From a virus (Duplodnaviria; Caudoviricetes): a DNA stretch of 64,000 nt. Shown piece after piece: positions 33,876-43,277 of this stretch. The notes beneath the pieces are model-generated. The model searched no databases, was not told the DNA's origin, and worked only from the letters and a program-made list of their open reading frames with translations. The first letter of the stretch is position 1, and each line of letters begins with the position of its first letter. A program made the position numbers and the translations under genes. Where the stretch lies: the IMG/VR virus record IMGVR_UViG_3300033075_000861, positions 20,291 through 84,290 of that record. The stretch is one strand, 5' to 3'.

Positions 33876-34338
33876 TCACTTTCAAATCCTTCGCGTCCGT
33901 CTGGACGATGATCTGGATCGGCCTCGACTGATGCAGGTCGCGGGCGACGGCCTGTAGTGCCTGTGCGTCCTGAATCATGATCTTCACCAACTCCTTCAGG
34001 TCACCCGCCATCTGGTGTGTGACCTGTTCCTTGTTGATGGTGATCTCGACCAGTTCCTTGATCTCCTCCAGCAGACGCCGGTGGGCCTCCTCCTGGCTCC
34101 GTTCGGTACGCCGCTGGCTGATCATGATGAAGGGGGCCTGGATGGCTGCCAGGGTGCTGAGAACGAGGTTGAGGAGGATGAAGGGGAAGGGATCGAACTC
34201 AAGGAAGCTCAGATAGGCTAGGGTGTTGACCGCGACCCAGCCCGTCATGAAGACGGCGAAGAAAAGAATGAACCACCAAGAGCCGACGAAGTAAGCGACA
34301 CGGTCGCTGATCCAGAAGCCGAGGTTCCTAAGCCCCAT
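33850..34338 (-). CDS. DUF1003-like membrane protein
   Basis: FDPFPFILLNLVLSTLAAIQAPFIMISQ. Confidence 0.8.
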   Translation of the reverse strand: MGLRNLGFWISDRVAYFVGSWWFILFFAVFMTGWVAVNTLAYLSFLEFDPFPFILLNLVLSTLAAIQAPFIMISQRRTERSQEEAHRRLLEEIKELVEITINKEQVTHQMAGDLKELVKIMIQDAQALQAVARDLHQSRPIQIIVQTDAKDLKVITEPGSES

Positions 34339-34430
34339 CTGCCACCCCCTTTCTTTTGTATCCTAGGTGGTCTAGGTAGAGTCCTCGGCAGCCAACTTCC
34401 CCAAATAAGCTCAGAAGGAGTACCTATTAC

Positions 34431-35060
34431 ATGGCATCATTTTCCGACTTCCTGAGGGCACGCGAGCTATACCAGGGTGAGGTGGTCGAGTGGACCCCCA
34501 ACCTGAAGACAGACGACAACGTCATCGAGGCCCGCTTCACCGTCACCCTCCCCCACCCCGCCGAGCCTGAGATCGCCTTCGTGATGGGGTTCAACGAACA
34601 CAACCGGGGCGGCACCGTTGTCTCCGACATCGCCCTGGCCCCCGATTGGAGGCGTACCGCCGAGTCCAACCGGGGCCTCGATATCGACCTGCTGCTGAGG
34701 AACCGCCTGGAGAACTACCGCAGCCTCAACCGCATGAACTGGGGCGTTCGCGTCAACCGCCCGCTCTTGGACCACGCCTTGCTCGCCCTGTCATCCTACG
34801 CCGACGAGAGGAAGCCCGGTGCCGTCCGCTTCATGGTCGAGGGCAGGATCGACGCCAGCCTCTTCCGCGTCCTCAGGGCCAAGTTCTCTCAGTCGTGCCA
34901 GGACTACGGCATCAGGGAGGGGCTTCTGGTCCGACGCTCCGAGGCTGACAACAATCAACTATGCGAGTCGAGCGGGAACGCCGCCCCCTGGGCCACCTCC
35001 GAGAAGGCACGCCTCAGGGACATCCTGTTCCTTGAACACGACCGCGTCTCATTTATCTGA
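34431..35060 (+). CDS. Hypothetical protein with MASFSDFL start
   Basis: AAGGAG RBS; shared N-terminal motif. Confidence 0.6.
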   Translation: MASFSDFLRARELYQGEVVEWTPNLKTDDNVIEARFTVTLPHPAEPEIAFVMGFNEHNRGGTVVSDIALAPDWRRTAESNRGLDIDLLLRNRLENYRSLNRMNWGVRVNRPLLDHALLALSSYADERKPGAVRFMVEGRIDASLFRVLRAKFSQSCQDYGIREGLLVRRSEADNNQLCESSGNAAPWATSEKARLRDILFLEHDRVSFI

Positions 35061-35071
35061 TCAGAGGGACA

Positions 35072-35605
35072 ATGGACGACCAAGACATTGACGACATCAC
35101 CAACGGGGGCGACAAGCCGAAGAGGAAGAAATCCGGCCAAAAAGGCAAGCGGGTCGAACGCCAGCTTGTGAAGGTCATGGTCGAGCGGTTCGGGGAGGGC
35201 TTCAGCCGCTCCATCGGCTCGGGCAACCGCGTCTGGCAGGTGGACGCCCTGCCCAAGCATGCCCAGGACACCTTCACCGGCGACCTCGTCTGCCCCGAGG
35301 ATTTCCAGTGGGTCTTTGAATGCAAGGGCGGTTATGATGACGTGGACCTGTGGCAGGCCATCACGGACGGCAACGCCACTCTTGACGCCTTCCTGAAGCA
35401 GGCCAAGCTGGAGGCCGGCAACTGCGGTCGCAAGCCGATGCTGTGCTGGAAGAGGACTAGAAAGCAGTGGATGGCTTTCGTTCTGCGGCCCCACTTGCCT
35501 ATGATGGAGTTCAAGAACATCCTGCGGTACGGGGACTGGGCGGGGGTTCCCCTCGCTGACCTCCTCAAGGCACCGGACGATTACTGGCGAACCACCAAAT
35601 CCTGA
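35072..35605 (+). CDS. Holliday junction resolvase (Hjc-like PD-(D/E)xK)
   Basis: KGKRVERQL...GDLVCP...FECKGG. Confidence 0.75.
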   Translation: MDDQDIDDITNGGDKPKRKKSGQKGKRVERQLVKVMVERFGEGFSRSIGSGNRVWQVDALPKHAQDTFTGDLVCPEDFQWVFECKGGYDDVDLWQAITDGNATLDAFLKQAKLEAGNCGRKPMLCWKRTRKQWMAFVLRPHLPMMEFKNILRYGDWAGVPLADLLKAPDDYWRTTKS

Positions 35606-35613
35606 GGGCGACC

Positions 35614-36279
35614 ATGCTCCCGAAGATGCTGCCTTTCACGCCCCACATGATCCACCGCCTGTTCCCGCACCTGGCCGGGACACGGTGGGGATACATCAAC
35701 CTCAACCGCATCGCCATGCAACTTCAGCCGCTACTGGCCCCCCTCATGAGCCAGCCGACCAACCCCTTCCTCGACCCAGGATACTGCGAGATGTGGAAGG
35801 GGTTCGTCCACCAACTGATGGGGATCGACAACTCCTGGGGCGGCTACATGGAGGATCGTGCGGTCGTCTGGGCGGGTCACTACCACGACGAAGGGGCGAC
35901 CATGCACGTCGGCGTAGACTTCTACGTCGCCGCCGGCTGCATCGTCCACATGCCGGTGGACGCGACCCTGGTCTACAGCACGGTGGACCCCGATCAGGAG
36001 GGCGGCTGGGGCGGCAGGATGGTGTTCCGCTACAAGGACGAACATTTTATCCTGGCCCACCTCAGGGACATGGACATGAGAGTTGGCAAGGAGTTCAAGC
36101 GGGGCGAGCCGGTCGCCGTGATCGCTGAGGACCACTGCAACGGCGGCTGGTCGCCCCACCTGCACTGGCAGCGGGTCAGGAGCCTGGACCTCGACCACGT
36201 CCTGAGCGTGGACGGCTACGTCCGGCCTTACGAGGGAATCAAGGAGGACTTCCCGAATCCTCTGGACTACCTTGACTGA
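35614..36279 (+). CDS. M23-family metallopeptidase
   Basis: HVGVDF, LAHL and SPHLHW. Confidence 0.8.
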   Translation: MLPKMLPFTPHMIHRLFPHLAGTRWGYINLNRIAMQLQPLLAPLMSQPTNPFLDPGYCEMWKGFVHQLMGIDNSWGGYMEDRAVVWAGHYHDEGATMHVGVDFYVAAGCIVHMPVDATLVYSTVDPDQEGGWGGRMVFRYKDEHFILAHLRDMDMRVGKEFKRGEPVAVIAEDHCNGGWSPHLHWQRVRSLDLDHVLSVDGYVRPYEGIKEDFPNPLDYLD

Positions 36280-36469
36280 GGCTGTGCAGAAGGTCCACCA
36301 GGCTCATCACCTCGGATGGGATGTGTTTGGCGACCTTGGCTGCGAAGAGGGCGACCTGGGCCTTGGACAGGCCCAGGAGATCCTCCGCTACCGAGTCGAG
36401 GGTTTCGGGCTGGGTGGCATCCCTCCACCGCCTCCAGAGCTTCTCCACCACCTCACAGTCCATCCTCAT
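36239..36469 (-). CDS. Hypothetical protein
   Basis: ATG overlapping the ATP-grasp stop. Confidence 0.4.
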   Translation of the reverse strand: MRMDCEVVEKLWRRWRDATQPETLDSVAEDLLGLSKAQVALFAAKVAKHIPSEVMSLVDLLHSLSQGSPEDSGSPP

Positions 36470-37290
36470 CGGAGATCCTCCCACTCCTTGAGGGCCACCC
36501 GGCTCACCTCGCGGACGACTACTTCCTTGTCGCATTCGTAGAGGCCGGCACAGGAGAAACAGCCGATCTCCAGCAGGTAGTAGTTGCCCATTCGCGTCCG
36601 GCAGATGTCGATGCACCAGACCGGGTCAGGGTCGTAGCCCGAGGCCGCGACCCGCGAGGCCAGGCGGTGTGCCTCGGGACAGTAGCCGGCCTTCACGTCG
36701 GTCTTGTTGGCGGCACGGTACTGGCTGCCGGCGACGATCTTGCCTTCGACGGCCACAAACCGCCACTCGGCCTCGACGTTGCAGGGCGGTGCCACGACGC
36801 ACAGTTCGTGAGGCTCGGCCCCGTAGAAGCCGAGATAATTCACATCCTTCTCCCAGTCCTCGTTGCAGACCACCTTGCCGGTGAACAGCTTGGAGCCGGT
36901 ACTGGGGCGGATGAAGACACAGCCCTGTTCGCCCACCTTGTCGATGATGAACTCCCTCAGGCGGATCAGGTCGCCGTAGGGGAGCATCATGTAGTTGGCG
37001 TTGAGCAGGTCGTACTTGGCGAGGGCCGGGTAGTACCTCTGGCACTCGTAGGCCGGCTTGTTGTAGTAGACGCCTGGCACCCAGGGGGCCTCCCGCTTCA
37101 CCTGGGCGGCGAAATTGAGCGAGCCGTAGTAGATGACGCAGTCGTCCTTGTCGAACAGGTCGAGGTGGCTCGCGTTGTCCCCCAGGTAGGACGCGATCTT
37201 GGCCTCCATCCCCTGTCGCCGGATCTCCTCGACCAGCAGGCCGAGGTTCTCATGGAAGGCATCCGTCTCCAGAAACCACTTTGGCTTCAC
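36466..37290 (-). CDS. ATP-grasp domain protein (DUF4343/R2K-like)
   Basis: FIRP...KLFTG, EWRFVAV, CIDI...LLEIG. Confidence 0.75.
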   Translation of the reverse strand: MKPKWFLETDAFHENLGLLVEEIRRQGMEAKIASYLGDNASHLDLFDKDDCVIYYGSLNFAAQVKREAPWVPGVYYNKPAYECQRYYPALAKYDLLNANYMMLPYGDLIRLREFIIDKVGEQGCVFIRPSTGSKLFTGKVVCNEDWEKDVNYLGFYGAEPHELCVVAPPCNVEAEWRFVAVEGKIVAGSQYRAANKTDVKAGYCPEAHRLASRVAASGYDPDPVWCIDICRTRMGNYYLLEIGCFSCAGLYECDKEVVVREVSRVALKEWEDLR

Positions 37291-37775
37291 AGTTCATGCT
37301 CCAGTCTTGCCACGGCCCTCCAGAACGCGGCCATCGCGTCCTCGCGGGTCTTGTAGGTGCGGCTGTACTCGTCGCCCTTATAGTAACCGTCCAGCAGGTC
37401 GAAGGCGATGTCAGGCAGGAAGTGTTGTTCCAGATGATCCGTCTTGTTGCGGTAGAGGTACTTCCGCCCGTACCACAGCCAATGGGGGCTGACGCCCATC
37501 GTCCTGGCGGGCTGCTTGTCGCTCGTCCTGAGCGACCTGATGCACTCGATCCGGTGGGGATTGGTCGTCTTCTTGGGCACCTCCTCGGCCAGTCCCTCGG
37601 ACAGGACCAGGGACCGCTCCACGTTCTGGAGGGTGCCGATGGCGGCAGCCGCGATCTGGTAGATAGCGAACTCCCTGGGGGTCATCTCGTCAACGCGGAC
37701 AGGCATGTCCGGCAACTCGGCCAGACATGCCTGGATGGCGTCAAGTGCTTGCCGTGCAGGGCTGGGGGCAGGCAT
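37287..37775 (-). CDS. Hypothetical protein
   Basis: Member of the leftward operon. Confidence 0.5.
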   Translation of the reverse strand: MPAPSPARQALDAIQACLAELPDMPVRVDEMTPREFAIYQIAAAAIGTLQNVERSLVLSEGLAEEVPKKTTNPHRIECIRSLRTSDKQPARTMGVSPHWLWYGRKYLYRNKTDHLEQHFLPDIAFDLLDGYYKGDEYSRTYKTREDAMAAFWRAVARLEHEL

Positions 37776-38181
37776 TGCCCGGCTCCTCCTTGCCAGGGGC
37801 CACCTTCCGCTTCTTGCTGCGGAACTTGGCCCGGTTCTCGGTCAGGAAGGCCCGCAGACGCTCCGCGTTCCCCTCCTGAAGGATCTCCTCCCACAACTCG
37901 GCGGGGAGCGTCACCGGGCGTCTGAGGCCGTCGAAGTAGACACTGCACCACCCCGACTCGGTCGCCACCTTGAACCGGGGCGGCTGGCGGTCCCCCTTGA
38001 TGAGATTGTACTCCTGAGGCTCCTCCGGGGGAGGGGCCGCAGCGGGTGCAGCCGGTGCAGGCTCGGGCGGCGGCGGGGGCGGCTCAGGAGGGGCCGGGGG
38101 CTGCCGGATCAACTCCATCGCCTGGGTGTGCGTCAGCCGCCCCTCCCTCACGGCTGCCAGGATCTCCTCGCGTGTTCGCAT
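37741..38181 (-). CDS. Hypothetical protein with Pro-rich linker
   Basis: GWCSVYFDGLRRPVTLPAELW domain. Confidence 0.55.
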   Translation of the reverse strand: MRTREEILAAVREGRLTHTQAMELIRQPPAPPEPPPPPPEPAPAAPAAAPPPEEPQEYNLIKGDRQPPRFKVATESGWCSVYFDGLRRPVTLPAELWEEILQEGNAERLRAFLTENRAKFRSKKRKVAPGKEEPGNACPQPCTAST

Positions 38182-38605
38182 GTTGTGCCCTCAGGTCGGC
38201 GGGGTCTGTGCGGGCGGCACGGTGATGCCCCAGCGGGAGTCCGTGCCGCCCCACGTCCACCACGAAGTCGATGTTGTCCTTCACCCGGCACTGACCGATC
38301 TCGTCCAGCAGAAAGAAGTTGACGATGTTCCGGTGCGTCTCCTTCTCGTAGTACAGCATGGCACAGATGGTCGGCAGCCCCGGCTCCTTGGGGTCGCAGA
38401 CGATCCACTCACACTTGCCCTGGCCGGCCAGGGCAAGCTCCTTGGGGTGCCAGTACCGCCCGGTCAGGTCGTCGCGGTTGACCGCCCTCTCCAGTTGGTC
38501 CCAGGAGTACAGGGCCAGCACCTTGTCCGTGGCCTTGACCACAATCGGCGGGGCCTTCGACGCCTTCTTCTTGGTCCGCCGGAACCCCTTCGGTTTCTTC
38601 GCCAT
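38084..38605 (-). CDS. Hypothetical protein
   Basis: Basic N-terminus; overlaps neighbours. Confidence 0.5.
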   Translation of the reverse strand: MAKKPKGFRRTKKKASKAPPIVVKATDKVLALYSWDQLERAVNRDDLTGRYWHPKELALAGQGKCEWIVCDPKEPGLPTICAMLYYEKETHRNIVNFFLLDEIGQCRVKDNIDFVVDVGRHGLPLGHHRAARTDPADLRAQHANTRGDPGSREGGAADAHPGDGVDPAAPGPS

Positions 38606-39104
38606 CAGTACCCCCGTCGCGGTGGTGCCCCAGTTTCAGCCCCTCCTTGAGGAGGGGCAGGGCACCGTAGGTGTTGCCGTTGCGGGCGATACACACCGCC
38701 CAGAAGAACCCCGGAGGGCGTGGCGTGTCGAGGCTCTTGGTCGCGGTGTCGGAGCAGACCGACATCAACTGCTTGGCGAACTCCAAGTCCACGACCAGGG
38801 TCATGAGGGGGACGCTGTCCTTGTCGGGCCAGTTGTCCGCCGACTCGACGGTGAAGGGTGCCTCGACGCCCTTTTCCTTCTGCCACCGCTCGACCTCGGC
38901 GGCGAGCGACCTGCCGTGCCCGTCCGTGGGGTCCACGAAGATGACCACCGGGTCGGCGTAGGGCGACTTGCCCGCCAACTCAACAGCCCTCATGGCATTC
39001 TCCCTCAGGTAGTGCAGCCGCACCGCCTTGGCTTCGTCGCTGACGCCGCCGGGGAGCGTCGGGCGACGAAGCTCGATCCGGCGGCGGTTCCGCTTCTTGC
39101 TCAC
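38409..39104 (-). CDS. Hypothetical protein
   Basis: AAGGAGG RBS; 3' end overlaps the next ORF, so boundary is uncertain. Confidence 0.45.
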   Translation of the reverse strand: MSKKRNRRRIELRRPTLPGGVSDEAKAVRLHYLRENAMRAVELAGKSPYADPVVIFVDPTDGHGRSLAAEVERWQKEKGVEAPFTVESADNWPDKDSVPLMTLVVDLEFAKQLMSVCSDTATKSLDTPRPPGFFWAVCIARNGNTYGALPLLKEGLKLGHHRDGGTDGEETEGVPADQEEGVEGPADCGQGHGQGAGPVLLGPTGEGGQPRRPDRAVLAPQGACPGRPGQV

Positions 39105-40261
39105 ACAGCCTCCTTCATCGGGGTGTCCTCGGGCGGGGGCATCTCGGGGATCGCCTCGTCGCCCTTCTGGACGTAGGTGGTGATGGTGCGGGTCTTCGCC
39201 TCGCCCACGTCCAGGCCGGCGTCCCGGTAGGCACGCCCGATGACGTACACCGGGGCGATCCGAATCCGCTTGTATTCCGGGTTGGCTCGCGGCCCGTAGG
39301 GCTGGTTCCGCCAGTGACCTTTCCGCCAGTGCGGCTCGGGGTTGAGGCCCTCGCCGTCGCCCGGCTCGCCCTTGACGCGGCGGTCCTCGACGTGATACCA
39401 GTCGATCTCCCGCTCAAACTGGATCTCGGCCATGAGGTTGGCTCGGGCCAACTCCAGCCGCTGCTCCTCGCGGGTCCGCTTGCTGCCGGTCATGTGCTTG
39501 GCCCGGCCCTTGAGCCGCTGGATCTCCTCCAGTTGCCGCCGGTCGGCGTGTTTGACGATCACCGGCGGGTCGTTCTTCTGAGGGTAGGCCATCAACAGGT
39601 TGAGGTTGATCGCCAGCCGCTCAAAGTCCACCGCCGCATTGAAGTCGCCGTCGTCCTGGGCCTGGGAGCCGTCCATCTCGTAGTACAGATCCTGGGACAG
39701 CATCTGCTCAATCGTCTCGGCTCCCGGCTTCTCGGCCAGGAGGCTGACGATGCGGTCGTTCAGGCTCCCGAACTGGCAGTTGACGACGATGGCCTTCACC
39801 TCAGGGTCGTACCAGACGACGACGTACTTGGGGCATCGCTTCAGCCCCTGCCGCAACTTGTGGGCGATGTAGTCGTCGGGGAACTCCACGAACAGCGTCT
39901 CGTAGTCCTGACAGTAGTCGGACCACGGCAGGTCTGGACTCGTCTGCTCCAGGCTCTGGCACTGGAGGTTCGTGGGGCGGAACACCTTTGGCCCGCCGCA
40001 CGCCGCCCGGCTCAGGGCGTAGGTCATGAGCAGGTCTTTGTCGTTGGCATAGGGCGAGTACAGGAGCTTGCGGATCTCGCCCCAGAACTCCGGTGGCCGG
40101 GTCCGCCGCTGGTCGTTGGGGAGCTTGTCGATCACGTCCTTGTCGGTGGAGAGGCTGAAACGCTCGCCCACGCGGCGGCACTTGAGCCACTTGTGCCGAC
40201 CCAGCCAGGCCAGCGGGCAGATCAGGTCGGACTTCACGAAGTTGGACAGAGTCAACGCCAT
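39101..40261 (-). CDS. Conserved phage protein
   Basis: C-terminal PHWRKGHWRNQPYG motif. Confidence 0.7.
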   Translation of the reverse strand: MALTLSNFVKSDLICPLAWLGRHKWLKCRRVGERFSLSTDKDVIDKLPNDQRRTRPPEFWGEIRKLLYSPYANDKDLLMTYALSRAACGGPKVFRPTNLQCQSLEQTSPDLPWSDYCQDYETLFVEFPDDYIAHKLRQGLKRCPKYVVVWYDPEVKAIVVNCQFGSLNDRIVSLLAEKPGAETIEQMLSQDLYYEMDGSQAQDDGDFNAAVDFERLAINLNLLMAYPQKNDPPVIVKHADRRQLEEIQRLKGRAKHMTGSKRTREEQRLELARANLMAEIQFEREIDWYHVEDRRVKGEPGDGEGLNPEPHWRKGHWRNQPYGPRANPEYKRIRIAPVYVIGRAYRDAGLDVGEAKTRTITTYVQKGDEAIPEMPPPEDTPMKEAV

Positions 40262-40354
40262 ACCGCACCTCCTCGATTCAGGGTCACCGGCCAACTTAGG
40301 CCGACCCACAAACGTGTCAACCGGGCGGTCTGGGACCGCCCGGTCGGGGCAGGA

Positions 40355-41494
40355 TCACCTCTTCTTGGGGTTCGGCGGCACCTCCCACTCGGGGGCCTTC
40401 CACTGGAACACGTCCTCGTCTTTGGCATGGACGTTGAAGTACTCGCGGCCCTCAAGGTGGGCCTGGATCGCCCCCAGGGTCTTCTTGTAGTACATGACGG
40501 GCGGCTCATGCTCCTTCTTGGCCCGCTGAATCCACTCCCACAGGCTCTTGACGGGATCGCCATCGCCCGTCCAGTTGAGGGTCGCCATGCGATCCGCGAA
40601 CGGCTCGATGGTGTCCTTGCCCCAGTAGAGGTAGACTTTGGCGATGACCGCCTGCACGTCGGCCCGGTAGTTCCGCTCGGGCTTGCGGCTGGTGAGCTTG
40701 TCGGTCACCCACTCCAGCACCTCGGCGTACTGGACGGCGAAGTCCGCGATCTCCGAGTCGCTCCACACCTTGCCCTTGTTCAGGCCGTTCATCATGGCCC
40801 GGCAGACGGCGGTGTGCTTGCTGGTCAGCTTGGAGTCGAAGACCAACTGCACCTGCTGGTTGGTGGACCGCCTTTTGCCGCTGTCGGTCACGAAGATGCT
40901 CTCGGGCGGCACGTTCCATGTAACGTAGAACACCCAGCCCTTGTTCACCTTGATGCAGGCGTCGGCCCGGTGCTGGCCGTTCTGGAAGTTGCCCAGGGTG
41001 TTGATGTCCAGGCTCTCGCTGGTCTGGAGCCACCGCTCGCCGTCGATGTCCCTGGCGACCGCGTCCATGTGGGCACGGTCCTCGGGCCGGTTGATCGGCA
41101 TGCGGAGCTTCAGTTCCTTCATCATCTCCGGGTCGCAGTAGACCAACTCGGAGTACTGGAGATCCTGCCGGGGGAAGTTGTACCAGTACATCCCCGGCTG
41201 GTTCGCCTCCAGGGCCTTGTACTGGTAGTAGTCCCGGTTCTCCAGGGCACGCCGCCACTCGCGGGGGTTGATGTGGGCCGGGCAGACCGGCCAGTGCTTG
41301 GGCCAGTCGGTCGGCTGCTCGTACTGGACCGGCATGGTGGCCGGAACCACCAGCGTCCCTTTCAGATCCGTCTCGCCGCCCGCCACCGTGGTCAGCACGC
41401 CCTTCTTCTCCAGCGTGCGAAAGACCAGGGACCGCATGCTGGGTCGGGCGGGTTTCGCCGGCGGGGCCGGCTGCGTCTGCGTCGTCATGGGCAC
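40355..41494 (-). CDS. ParB/Srx-like N-terminal domain protein
   Basis: FQNGQHRADA resembles the DGQHR motif. Confidence 0.6.
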   Translation of the reverse strand: MPMTTQTQPAPPAKPARPSMRSLVFRTLEKKGVLTTVAGGETDLKGTLVVPATMPVQYEQPTDWPKHWPVCPAHINPREWRRALENRDYYQYKALEANQPGMYWYNFPRQDLQYSELVYCDPEMMKELKLRMPINRPEDRAHMDAVARDIDGERWLQTSESLDINTLGNFQNGQHRADACIKVNKGWVFYVTWNVPPESIFVTDSGKRRSTNQQVQLVFDSKLTSKHTAVCRAMMNGLNKGKVWSDSEIADFAVQYAEVLEWVTDKLTSRKPERNYRADVQAVIAKVYLYWGKDTIEPFADRMATLNWTGDGDPVKSLWEWIQRAKKEHEPPVMYYKKTLGAIQAHLEGREYFNVHAKDEDVFQWKAPEWEVPPNPKKR

Positions 41495-41519
41495 CTCCGG
41501 GGAAAGTTACATTACCCCC

Positions 41520-41547
41520 ATCGTAGCCATGTAACCGGAATCGTCAA
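41520..41547 (-). promoter_or_regulatory. Sigma70-type early promoter
   Basis: TTGACG-16 nt-TACGAT ahead of the leftward operon; a second TTGACA lies upstream. Confidence 0.55.
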
Positions 41548-41611
41548 CCCCCTCGATGCGTTTTTGTCAACCGCAATCTGGATTATGTCCGCGAACGAGC
41601 CAAATTGAAAA

Positions 41612-41642
41612 CCCCAAGTCTTTGCTGGGCAAAGACTTGGGG
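41612..41642 (-). terminator. Intrinsic terminator
   Basis: 14-bp inverted repeat CCCCAAGTCTTTGC; TTTTCAATTT tail on - strand. Confidence 0.7.
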
Positions 41643-41672
41643 TCTGTTCACTGCAAACGGAATGCGGTCAAA

Positions 41673-42539
41673 TCAGAACTTGTGGCCGCACTGCCCACAG
41701 AACTTGTCGCTGGAGCGTCCCCGTTTGGCCCCGCAGTTGGTGCAGTAGGTCGGCAGTTGGGCGTCGGGGAAGATGGCTTCGTTGAGGACGCTGGGGGTGG
41801 GGGTGGCGGCGAGCAGTTGCTCGGACCCCCGAAGGATAATACGAACGACGACGTAGTCATTTTCAGTCTGAATGTCCACCGTCCTGAAGGTCTGGCCGCT
41901 GGAAGCCCCCTCGACCGTGCATCCGTCCTTCAACTCTACGCTCGGGGTGAAGGCCGATTTCAGCGACTCCAGGCCCGACGATGCACACTGGCTCGTCCCC
42001 GCGTTCATCGAGCAGATGGTCTGCCCGGCTGGACCGCAGCTTCTGAGCATCTTGTGCCGCGTGTTGGTCCTCCAGACCGCCGGCTGCTTGTACGGCCAGG
42101 GCTGGGGGTAGACGGGGTACGGCTGGGGGACCGGGTAGGGGTGGTGGTGATGGTGGTGGTGTTCGACCGTCTTGTAGACAGGCTGTTCCTTCTCAAGGTA
42201 GAACCTGGCCTCGATGACCCCCTTGGAGCCATCGACGTTGGGTCCGTTCTTGCCGTGATCTACCGCGTCGGGACTGTCGAGGCTGACGAACTTGAAGCGG
42301 GCGTCTTTGTCGTGGTGGCGGTGGATGTCAACGACGCCGTTGGCGGGGACGATGTACCCGTTGCCCGAGACGTTCTCTCCGTCGATGGTGAACTTGACGA
42401 CTGCTCGGCGGTTGTGCTTGTTGCGGAACCTGAGGGAGTATTCCTGGCCGAAGGGGAGGGGGACGGTGCCGTTGGCGAGTTCCTTCTGAGGCTGGCCGTT
42501 GACGAGTACGCAGGCTATGAAGCGGTTGCTGTAAACCAT
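41673..42539 (-). CDS. Conserved hypothetical protein with His7/Pro-Tyr tract and C-terminal zinc ribbon
   Basis: EYSLRFRNKHNRRAVVKFTIDG; CTNC..FCGQCG. Confidence 0.7.
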   Translation of the reverse strand: MVYSNRFIACVLVNGQPQKELANGTVPLPFGQEYSLRFRNKHNRRAVVKFTIDGENVSGNGYIVPANGVVDIHRHHDKDARFKFVSLDSPDAVDHGKNGPNVDGSKGVIEARFYLEKEQPVYKTVEHHHHHHHPYPVPQPYPVYPQPWPYKQPAVWRTNTRHKMLRSCGPAGQTICSMNAGTSQCASSGLESLKSAFTPSVELKDGCTVEGASSGQTFRTVDIQTENDYVVVRIILRGSEQLLAATPTPSVLNEAIFPDAQLPTYCTNCGAKRGRSSDKFCGQCGHKF

Positions 42540-42664
42540 GAGACTCACTCCTTGGGTAGCAAACGGAAACACTCACCCTCAGTTGTGCGTTAGGTTTGGG
42601 GGCGAGTCAGGCCCCCGAGGGTATTTCTCCGTCGCCCTTAGGTAGAGTGCGAGTCTCTCGTTTT

Positions 42665-42832
42665 TCACCGCCCCATCAGCGAGATATTCTCGTCGTCCTT
42701 GTTGTCGTAGATGGCGAGTTCTTCGGCCTCGGTCAGTTCGCGGCCCAGGGCCTCCTCGGCCTCCCAGAAGGAGGTGAAGGTGCCCCTCATGTTGTGGTAC
42801 TCGTCGGTGAGGCGAAGTTCTTGGTGTGTCAC
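42665..42832 (-). CDS. Small acidic protein
   Basis: AAGGAG RBS, GTG start. Confidence 0.5.
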   Translation of the reverse strand: MTHQELRLTDEYHNMRGTFTSFWEAEEALGRELTEAEELAIYDNKDDENISLMGR

Positions 42833-43257
42833 GCCTGCTCCTTGGGTCGCTCGATCCGCTCGTAGTACTCGTACTCCATGATGGCGTCGAGGTGGGCGGG
42901 GGCGTTCTCCTTCCAACTGAGCTTCTGGTTGACGTTGATGACGGTGGCTCCGTGGTAGAGCTTGCGGACCAAGATGTTGTTCCAATCGTCCTTGAAGTCG
43001 ATGACGAGGGTCTGAGGCTCATCCTTCATATCGTTGAGCCAACGCTCCATCTTGCCGGCCTTGTCGTCCACGACGCTGAGGTAGATCGTCTTGTCTACGT
43101 CGCTGATGTCCACGTCGAACACGAACCCGTCCGCCAGGGGGCACTCGTCTGTGTAGGCTCTGAACCGGAACGTGTCCATAGTGTGTTCTTGGTCCACTTT
43201 CGTTTCCTTGGGTTTGGGTTTGTCGTCGCCGTAGATGTAGTCCATCCAGCTACACAT
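42829..43257 (-). CDS. Tail-tube (gp19)-fold paralog
   Basis: C-terminal pattern LVIDFKD..NILVRKLYHGA...LSWKENAPAHLDAIMEY resembles gp19. Confidence 0.45.
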   Translation of the reverse strand: MCSWMDYIYGDDKPKPKETKVDQEHTMDTFRFRAYTDECPLADGFVFDVDISDVDKTIYLSVVDDKAGKMERWLNDMKDEPQTLVIDFKDDWNNILVRKLYHGATVINVNQKLSWKENAPAHLDAIMEYEYYERIERPKEQA

Positions 43258-43277
43258 ACCTCACCTCCTTTGCCTAT

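Noticed and set aside
39314-41608. Very long antisense ORFs (also 22498-23838, 25470-26594, 28829-30169, 31844-33313, 52239-54080)
   Set aside because: Shadow frames of high-GC3 genes on the opposite strand; no motifs or RBS.
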